Made by a program: the position numbers and the translations under genes. This document shows, piece after piece, positions 51,043 through 57,516 of a DNA stretch of 57,516 nucleotides. Within the stretch, counting starts at the first letter, position 1. Each line of letters begins with the position of its first letter. The notes beneath the pieces are model-generated. The model saw only the letters and a program-made list of their open reading frames with translations. It was not told the DNA's origin and did no database searches. Source of the stretch: Acidimicrobiia bacterium (GTDB lineage: Bacteria > Actinomycetota > Acidimicrobiia > IMCC26256 > PALSA-610); contig DASUMP010000067.1 of the NCBI GenBank assembly GCA_036277635.1, positions 1-57,516 on the forward strand, written 5' to 3'.

Positions 51043-52725
51043 TCAACGTCCGCGTAACACGGTGCCGGGTGCGCCACCCGGGCTCGCGGCGAGCTGTTCG
51101 GCGGGGATCGGGGTCCCGTCGACGCGGATGGGCGTGCCGTTCACGAGCGTGTGCAGCATCCCGACGGGCTGGTCGGCGGTGAGGCGCTCGCCGTTCGCGG
51201 GGAAGTCGCGGATGCGTCGCAACGGGCCGGGCGCGACGACGTCGGGGTCGAACACGGTGATGTCGGCGGCCCGGCCGACTTCGAGGGTGCCGCGGTCGTG
51301 CAACCCGTAGACGGCGGCGGGCTCGCCCGACAGCTTGCGGACCGCGTGCTCGAGCGGCATGACCTGCCGGCCGCGGACCCAGTTGCCGAGCAGGTCGGTG
51401 GCGAAGCACGCGTCGCACAGCTGGCTCACGTGCGCGCCGGAGTCGGCGAGGCCGAGCAGCACGGTGTCTTGGGGGAGCAGCCACTCGATCGCTTCGTCGT
51501 CGTTGTTCGCGAGGACCGACCAAAAGCGCGTCTCGAGGTTCTCGGCGAGCGAGAGGTCGAGCATCGCGTCGAGCGGGCTGCAGCCCCACTGCTCACCGAT
51601 CTCGACGACGCCGCGGCCGATCAGCTCGGGGTGCGTCGACGACTCGGCCACCTGCAGCGACGCCCAGTTCACCGGGAGCTGCTTCGCGCCGGTGAGGTCG
51701 TCCCACGCGCGTGCACGCCACGCCGGATCGCGGTACGCGGCTTCGCGTTCGCTCGCCGACACGCCCATCAGCTGTTGGAACGCGGGACGCATGTTGAACG
51801 TGAACGGCTCGCGGAGGTTCATCTGGAACACGAGCGGCCGGCACGACACCTGCGGCCACACCTCGATCCCGCGGGAGCGCGCCTCGACGTTGGCGGCCAT
51901 GATCTTCTCGTGCCAGGGATAGCCCTTCACCGTGAGGAGTGCGGTCCACGTGAGCGGTCGGCCGGCGACCTGTTGCAACTCGTACACGTCGTCGTGCTTG
52001 ATCGTCTCGCCCGGGAGCAGCGCGGCGACGCCCCACCGTGCGGACTGCATCGGCTCGAGGAGCGCGCGCAGCTCGCGCAGGTCGGCGAGTCGTGACGGCA
52101 CCGGCCGCCCACCGGCGCCGTTGTGGGTGGTCGACGAGCTCGTGGCGAAGCCGGCCGCCCCGGCGGCGACGGCTTCGGCGACGACCTGCTGCATGCGGAC
52201 GAGCTCGTCGTCGGTCGCGGCGCGCTCGTAGCCCTCGTCGCCCATCACCCAGAGGCGCAACGCGGTGTGCCCGACGTAGCAGCCGTAGTTGAGGACCGGC
52301 CCGCGTCGCTCGACGGCGTCGAGGTACTCGGGAAAGGTCTCGAACTCGTCCCACGGCACGCCCGCGAACAACGTGTCGGGGCTCATGTCTTCGACGTGCT
52401 GGAGCGTCTGCACGAGCAGGGCTCGGTGTTCGGGACGAACGGGTGCGATCGAGAAGCCGCAATTGCCCGCGATGACCGTGGTGACCCCGTGGAACGACGA
52501 GGGGGTGAGCCCGGGATCCCAGAACACCTGCGCGTCGTAGTGCGTGTGGATGTCGATGAAGCCGGGTGTGACGACGTGCTCGTCGGCGTCGAGCACGCGC
52601 TCGCCCGACAGCCCCTCGCCGATCTCGCTGATCCGCCCGTCGGTGACCGCGACATCGGCGCGCCGTCGGGGAGCGCCGGTGCCGTCGATGACGGTGCCGC
52701 CCCGGATGACGAGATCTGCGCCCAT
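51043..52725 (-). CDS. N-acyl-D-amino-acid deacylase (D-aminoacylase) family amidohydrolase
   Basis: 560 aa. Contains DLVIRGGTVIDGTG, PGFIDIHTHYD and VTTVIAGNCG, typical of the family. Confidence 0.85.
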   Translation of the reverse strand: MGADLVIRGGTVIDGTGAPRRRADVAVTDGRISEIGEGLSGERVLDADEHVVTPGFIDIHTHYDAQVFWDPGLTPSSFHGVTTVIAGNCGFSIAPVRPEHRALLVQTLQHVEDMSPDTLFAGVPWDEFETFPEYLDAVERRGPVLNYGCYVGHTALRLWVMGDEGYERAATDDELVRMQQVVAEAVAAGAAGFATSSSTTHNGAGGRPVPSRLADLRELRALLEPMQSARWGVAALLPGETIKHDDVYELQQVAGRPLTWTALLTVKGYPWHEKIMAANVEARSRGIEVWPQVSCRPLVFQMNLREPFTFNMRPAFQQLMGVSASEREAAYRDPAWRARAWDDLTGAKQLPVNWASLQVAESSTHPELIGRGVVEIGEQWGCSPLDAMLDLSLAENLETRFWSVLANNDDEAIEWLLPQDTVLLGLADSGAHVSQLCDACFATDLLGNWVRGRQVMPLEHAVRKLSGEPAAVYGLHDRGTLEVGRAADITVFDPDVVAPGPLRRIRDFPANGERLTADQPVGMLHTLVNGTPIRVDGTPIPAEQLAASPGGAPGTVLRGR

Positions 52726-52787
52726 CGTGTCCCCCCGTCGTGTCCGCGCCAGCTGCCGGTCGCGTCACCGTAGCGCCGCGCCTGCGA

Positions 52788-52807
52788 CCTTGACGCTCGT
52801 GTCAGGT
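52788..52807. promoter_or_regulatory. ACCTGAC-N6-GTCAGGT family palindrome (site 3)
   Basis: CCTTGAC gctcgt GTCAGGT in the divergent region between the D-aminoacylase (-) and the alcohol dehydrogenase (+). Over the 17 nt from TGAC to GTCAGGT it differs from site 47430-47446 at one position. Confidence 0.5.
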
Positions 52808-52899
52808 TTCGGGGAGGCTCCGCGCGGCGGCGCGCGCCGCGCGCGTCCGAGGCCAGGGGGAACGACGACGTGGTCGATGGTGTCGACGGGTCCACGACG

Positions 52900-53943
52900 A
52901 TGCCGGCCGCGGTGATGCACGGGATCCGCGACGTGCGCATCGAGACGCGCCCGGTCCCGGAGCCCGGGCCCGGCGAAGTGGTGCTCGAGGTCAGCCACTG
53001 CGGGATCTGCGGGAGCGATCTGCACTTCCTGCTCGAGTGGGGTGGTCGACCCGGACGCATCGAAGGCCACGAGTACTCCGGACGCATCGCCGCGCTCGGC
53101 GCGGGCGTCGAGGGGTGGACGGTCGGGGAGCCGGTCGTCGGCGGGCCGTCGCCGCGCTGCGGTCGGTGCGAGTTCTGCGTCGGCGGGCGCCCGAGTCTGT
53201 GTGCCGAGCGCGGCCGGGTCGGCGCCGACGAGAGCGAGTGGCAGGGCGCGTTCGCCGGCTACACGAAGGTGAAGGTCGAGGAGCTGCTACGCATCCCCGA
53301 CGGACTCTCACTGCGCCACGCCGCGCTCGCCGAACCGCTCGCGGTGTCGCTGCACGGGATCACCCGCGCCGGCGGTCCGAGCGCGGGTCGGCGGTGGTTG
53401 ATCACCGGGGGCGGACCGATCGGCTACCTCGCGGTCGCCGCACTGCGCGCGTTCGGCGTCGACGACATCGTCGTCAGCGAACCGCACGAGAAGCGACGCG
53501 CGCTGTGCGCCGCGCTCGGCGCGCGCACGGTCGATCCGTCCGAGCTCACGATGCCCGCGATGCCCCACGACATCGTCGACGAGCCCTTCGACGTCGCGCT
53601 CGAGTGCTCCGGACACAAAGAGGCGATGGAAGCTGCACTCGCCCAGCTGCGTCGCGCCGGCACGCTCGTCCTCGTCGGAGCCGGCATACGCGCTCCGCGG
53701 TTCGACCCGAACCGCATCTTGTTGAACGAGCTCGTGATCACCGGGAGCTTCGTCTACGACGCCGACGGCTTCCCGCGAGCGCTCGAGCTGCTCGCGAGCG
53801 GGAAGCTCCCGCTCGATCTGCTCGTCGAACCCGACGACGTCCCGCTCGACGGTCTCCTCGACGCCGCGATCCAGCTCGGGGCGGGGGAGCGGGCCGCGAA
53901 GGTCATGGTGGTCCCCCAGCTCGCCCGAACCTCGGAGGCCTGA
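52900..53943 (+). CDS. Zinc-dependent medium-chain alcohol dehydrogenase/reductase
   Basis: Contains CGICGSDLH, GHEYSG and the structural-zinc CGRCEFCVGGRPSLC. Start set at MPAAVMHG. Confidence 0.85.
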   Translation: MPAAVMHGIRDVRIETRPVPEPGPGEVVLEVSHCGICGSDLHFLLEWGGRPGRIEGHEYSGRIAALGAGVEGWTVGEPVVGGPSPRCGRCEFCVGGRPSLCAERGRVGADESEWQGAFAGYTKVKVEELLRIPDGLSLRHAALAEPLAVSLHGITRAGGPSAGRRWLITGGGPIGYLAVAALRAFGVDDIVVSEPHEKRRALCAALGARTVDPSELTMPAMPHDIVDEPFDVALECSGHKEAMEAALAQLRRAGTLVLVGAGIRAPRFDPNRILLNELVITGSFVYDADGFPRALELLASGKLPLDLLVEPDDVPLDGLLDAAIQLGAGERAAKVMVVPQLARTSEA

Positions 53944-53948
53944 GCGTC

Positions 53949-54446
53949 ATGACGGACACCACGCGCGCGACGCCGACCGACCGGCCGGAGTTCCCGACTC
54001 GGAGCCCCCGCCTGAACCACGTCGCGATGAGCGTGCCCGCCGACCTCCTCGACGAGGAGCACCGGCGGCTGCTCGTCGACTTCTACGGGTCGGTGTTCGG
54101 ATGGCACGAGCTGCCGACGATGACCGAGGACCGGCACCGCCTCGTGTTCGGCGCGTACACCGTCGAGCAGTTCGTGTTCCTCATCGCGGACGACCCGCCG
54201 ATGTCGTGCCCCCGCCTCGACCACTTCGGCATGTCGGTCGGATCCGAAGCCGAGCTCGACGACATCTTGGCGCGTGCGCGCGCGTATCGCGAGCGCGACG
54301 ACCGGGTCGACATCATCGACAAGAAGACCGACGACCACGGCATGCTCGCGATCACGAGCATCTACCTCGGGTACCTGCTGCCGATGATGGTGGAAGTGCA
54401 GTGGTGGGACTACCACGACGGCACGGCGAGCGAGCCGACGGCGTGA
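53949..54446 (+). CDS. VOC (glyoxalase/bleomycin-resistance/dioxygenase) family protein
   Basis: 165 aa. Contains RLNHVAMSVP and LDHFGMSV, paired beta-alpha-beta-beta-beta module signatures. Confidence 0.6.
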   Translation: MTDTTRATPTDRPEFPTRSPRLNHVAMSVPADLLDEEHRRLLVDFYGSVFGWHELPTMTEDRHRLVFGAYTVEQFVFLIADDPPMSCPRLDHFGMSVGSEAELDDILARARAYRERDDRVDIIDKKTDDHGMLAITSIYLGYLLPMMVEVQWWDYHDGTASEPTA

Positions 54447-55429
54447 CCGCCGACGCATCGCTCCGCTACGGCGCCTTCGTCCCGCAGGGTTGGAAGCTCG
54501 AGTACCGCGGCTGGAGCGCGCCGGACGCGTGGGAGCGCACCAAGGAGCTCGCGGTGCTGGCCGAACAGGTCGGCTACGACCACCTCTGGGTGTACGACCA
54601 CGTCGAGACCGTTCCGCGACGCGAGCCGACGCACGTGTTCGAAGCGTTCACCCTGCTCGCCGCGTTGGCGCAGCACACGACCCGCATCGCTCTCGGCCAG
54701 CTCGTCACGTGTGCCGCGTACCGCAACGCGGGGTTGCTCGCGAAGGAAGCCGCGTGCCTCGACGTGCTGTCGGGTGGTCGCCTCGTGCTCGGACTCGGCG
54801 CTGGCTGGTACGAGCGCGAGTACGAGGCCTACGGCTATCCGTTTCCGTCGGCCGCCGACCGGCTCGCGATCCTGCGCGAGACCGTGGAGTGCGTCCGGCG
54901 GCTCTGGACGGAGGAGACGGTCGACTTCAGCGGCGAGCACGTCAACCTCGCGGGCGCGTTCTGCGACCCGAAGCCCGTGCAGCAGCTCCCGCCGATCTGG
55001 ATCGGCGGGGGTGGGGAGCAGGTGACGCTGCGCATCGCGGCCCGTCACGCCGACGCGACGAACTGGCAGGTCGGCATCGACGAGTTCCGCCACAAGTCGG
55101 CGGTGCTCGCACGTCACTGCGACGACGTGGGGCGCGACTTCACGCAGATCACGCGGACCCACGCACCCGACTGTCGGCTCTTCGACTCCGAGGCCGATCT
55201 GCGCCGGTGGCTCGACACTCCCGACGGCGGACACTTGTGGGGACGAACGCCCCACGACGAGTACGTGCGCGACAGCTTCGTCGGGACGCCCGAACGAGTC
55301 GCCGAACAGGTACAGCAGTACGTCGACGCGGGGTGTCGCGAGTTCGTGCTGTGGTTCCGGGACGCGCCGTCGAGCGAGAGCCTCGAACGGTTCATCGCCG
55401 AAGTCGTGCCGCTCGTACGCGCGTCCTGA
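54443..55429 (+). CDS. LLM-class F420-dependent oxidoreductase
   Basis: 328 aa with a GTGA overlap. Contains YDHLWVYDH, LGLGAGWYEREY and GTPERVAEQV. Confidence 0.8.
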   Translation: MTADASLRYGAFVPQGWKLEYRGWSAPDAWERTKELAVLAEQVGYDHLWVYDHVETVPRREPTHVFEAFTLLAALAQHTTRIALGQLVTCAAYRNAGLLAKEAACLDVLSGGRLVLGLGAGWYEREYEAYGYPFPSAADRLAILRETVECVRRLWTEETVDFSGEHVNLAGAFCDPKPVQQLPPIWIGGGGEQVTLRIAARHADATNWQVGIDEFRHKSAVLARHCDDVGRDFTQITRTHAPDCRLFDSEADLRRWLDTPDGGHLWGRTPHDEYVRDSFVGTPERVAEQVQQYVDAGCREFVLWFRDAPSSESLERFIAEVVPLVRAS

Positions 55430-55481
55430 ACGCGCGTCGCCTCCTCCTCGACGACGCGAAGCGCGGTGTTAGGTTGAGCCG

Positions 55482-57035
55482 GTGACCCTCGCGAGCACCG
55501 CGCCGTCGCACTCGCGGGACAGCTCGGTGGACTCGCCGTGGACATGGTCGCGGCCGGTCTCGATCGTGCTGGCGGTCGTGCTCACCGCCGCGGTCGTGCT
55601 GCGATTCGTGGCGCGCGCCGATCTGTGGCTCGACGAGGCACTCACGGTGAACATCGCCGAGCTCCCGCTCGGCGACCTGCGCGCCGCGCTCCGGCGCGAC
55701 GGCGCGCCGCCGCTGCACTACTTCTTGCTGGGTCGGTGGATCGACGTGTTCGGTTCGAGCGATGCGGCGGTGCGGGCGTTGTCGGGTGTGCTTTCCCTCG
55801 CGACCGTGCCACCGACGTGGTTCGTGGCCCGGCGCATCGGGGGTGCTCGACTCGCGTGGATCGCGGCCGTGGTGCTGGCCACGAATCCGTTCGCGATCCG
55901 CTACGCGACCGAGACGCGGATGTACGCGCTCGAGATGTTGCTGGTCACGTGCGGGATCCTCGCGATGCAGCGAGCGTGGGAGCACCCGACCGTCGACCGC
56001 CTTGCCGCGATCGCGCTCATCGCCGCGCTGCTGGCGTACACGCAGTACTGGACGCTCTATCTGTTGCTGGTGACGGGCGCGACGTGTGCGTGGATCGCGT
56101 GGCGAGGCACGCGGCGCGACAGCGCGCGACGAACGCTCGGCGCGCTCGCGGTGGGGGGCGTGCTGTTCGCGCCGTGGCTGCCGACGTTCCTGTACCAGGC
56201 GGAGCACACGGGGACGCCGTGGGGTGCTCCGGTCCTTCCCGGCATCCCGATCGGCTTGACCTTTCTCGCGTTCGGCGGCGAGTACAACCAGGAGGGCTGG
56301 ATCGCGCTCCTCGTCCTCGTCGCCCTCGTCATCGTGGGCACGTTCGGCACACGGGTCGGTCGCGACGTCGTGCTCGATCCCCTCGGCCGGCCCGACATCC
56401 GCCCGTATGCAGCGGTCGGAGCGGCGACGCTCGTGGCGGGCACGACGCTCGCGTATGTCGGCGGCACGGCGTTCCAGCCCCGCTACAGCGCGGTCGTCCT
56501 CCCGTTCTTCGTCCTCGTCGTGGCCCGTGGTCTCGCCGTGTTGCCTGGTCCGCGACTCGCAGGCATCGCAATGGGGCTCGTCGTGGTCCTCGGCCTGATC
56601 GGCGGTGTGCGCAGCGCGGCCGAGGAGCGCACGCAGGCGGGTGAGGTCGTCGACGTCCTCGAGGCCGATGCCGCGCCGGGTGACCTCGTGGTGCTGTGCC
56701 CCGACCAGCTCGGTCCCGCGGTGGCGCGCTTGGCGCCCCGAGACCTCGACCTCGTGACGTACCCGACGCTCGGCGACCCGCGCTTCGTCGACTGGGTCGA
56801 TTACGAAGCACGGCTCGACGCCACCGACCCGCGCGACGTCGCGACGCGTGTGCTCGCTCGCGCCGGCGATCGCACGGTGTGGCTCGTGCGCGCCGTCGGA
56901 TACCGCACGCACGAGGGCACCTGCGAGCTGCTCTCCGACGGCATCGGTGCCGAGCGGGGTCGCGTCGGTCGCGTCGAACCCGGCGACGTGGCGCGCCGGG
57001 AGAACATGGGACTCGAAGAGTTCCCGGCGCCGTGA
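55482..57035 (+). CDS. Polytopic membrane glycosyltransferase (GT39/ArnT/PMT_2-like)
   Basis: 517 aa with many TM helices. Has an early DE motif (LWLDEALT) and PPLHYFLLGRW. The -10-like TAGGTT is close to the GTG start. Confidence 0.65.
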   Translation: MTLASTAPSHSRDSSVDSPWTWSRPVSIVLAVVLTAAVVLRFVARADLWLDEALTVNIAELPLGDLRAALRRDGAPPLHYFLLGRWIDVFGSSDAAVRALSGVLSLATVPPTWFVARRIGGARLAWIAAVVLATNPFAIRYATETRMYALEMLLVTCGILAMQRAWEHPTVDRLAAIALIAALLAYTQYWTLYLLLVTGATCAWIAWRGTRRDSARRTLGALAVGGVLFAPWLPTFLYQAEHTGTPWGAPVLPGIPIGLTFLAFGGEYNQEGWIALLVLVALVIVGTFGTRVGRDVVLDPLGRPDIRPYAAVGAATLVAGTTLAYVGGTAFQPRYSAVVLPFFVLVVARGLAVLPGPRLAGIAMGLVVVLGLIGGVRSAAEERTQAGEVVDVLEADAAPGDLVVLCPDQLGPAVARLAPRDLDLVTYPTLGDPRFVDWVDYEARLDATDPRDVATRVLARAGDRTVWLVRAVGYRTHEGTCELLSDGIGAERGRVGRVEPGDVARRENMGLEEFPAP

Positions 57036-57516
57036 CCTTCTCGTCGTACGGCACCCGTGCCCGCTGGCGTCCCGCCGACGCGCTGCGCGCGAGCGCGGTC
57101 CCGTGGTTCCTCGTGCGCGTCTTGGTGCCGGCGACGTTGGTGCTCGCCCGTCACGTGAGTGACGAGCTCGGGGTCGACGGCCGACCGGCGACGCTCGACG
57201 ACGGCCTCTTCTCCTGGGACGGCACGTTCTACGAGGACATCGCGCGGGGCGGCTACGACGCGGTGGGCGAGGAAGGGCTGCGGTTCTTCCCGCTCTACCC
57301 GCTGCTCGCGCGTGCGATCGGCGCGATCCCGGGAGTGAGCATCCGCGTCGCGCTCCTCGTGATCGCGAGCGTCTGCGCCGCGCTCGCCGGGGTGCTGCTG
57401 CACGCGCTGTGCATGCGGGAACACGACGACGACGCGCTCGCGCGCCGGTCGGTGTGGTTCGTGACGCTCGCCCCGCCGGCGTTCGTGCTCGTGTTCGGCT
57501 ACGCCGAGGCGATGTT
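57032..57516 (+). CDS. Integral membrane protein, mannosyltransferase (PIG-V/GT-C)-like, 3' end cut by window edge
   Basis: The GTG overlaps the previous stop (GTGA). Hand translation gives VTFSSYGTRARW...WDGTFYEDIARGGY...FFPLYPLLAR. Confidence 0.5.
   Translation, partial: MTFSSYGTRARWRPADALRASAVPWFLVRVLVPATLVLARHVSDELGVDGRPATLDDGLFSWDGTFYEDIARGGYDAVGEEGLRFFPLYPLLARAIGAIPGVSIRVALLVIASVCAALAGVLLHALCMREHDDDALARRSVWFVTLAPPAFVLVFGYAEAM

Noticed and set aside
3890-52807. ACCTGAC-N6-GTCAGGT sites as simple rho-independent terminators
   Set aside because: Four sites do follow a co-directional gene. However, two lie in divergent promoter regions with no upstream gene end, none has a T-tract, and the arm sequence itself is conserved rather than just the pairing potential. 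An operator function is favoured. A dual role at 16180 and 3890 is not excluded.

Overview
Very GC-rich, almost gap-free coding segment of an Actinomycetota-type chromosome, with about 57 CDS and one tRNA-Cys. Signs of this lineage are leaderless starts, frequent ATGA/GTGA start-stop overlaps, F420/LLM enzymes, a large NAD-GDH, HisN and a SigF-type module. All protein calls come from reading the supplied translations by eye, with no database search. Many long ORFs in the track are antisense artefacts of the GC content. There are four main themes. (1) A dense set of acyl-CoA/steroid-like side-chain catabolic genes. It includes three alpha/beta-type acyl-CoA dehydrogenase systems in three different gene architectures, a CYP124/125-like P450, a ferredoxin, an MFE-2-type SDR, a crotonase, three thiolase-fold proteins, three DUF35 modules, an acyl-CoA synthetase and hydantoinase A/B. 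(2) A complete Gram-positive-type tad/flp pilus locus (cpaB-tadZ-tadA-tadB-tadC-flp-tadE-tadE-tadG) next to a divergent excisionase-type HTH gene. (3) A SigF-like partner-switching module surrounded by small membrane-protein genes. (4) Housekeeping and envelope genes. The most interesting non-coding signals are listed next. A 20-bp palindrome (ACCTGAC-N6-GTCAGGT) recurs upstream of six catabolic transcription units, and no regulator gene for it is visible in the window. A single KstR-consensus box is present. Three SigF/SigB-type promoters flank the sigma module. A DUF559 gene is bracketed by two copies of a 65-nt structured repeat. I did not find a clear-cut new defence or mobile system. The candidate novelties are regulatory and architectural, and they rest on inference.
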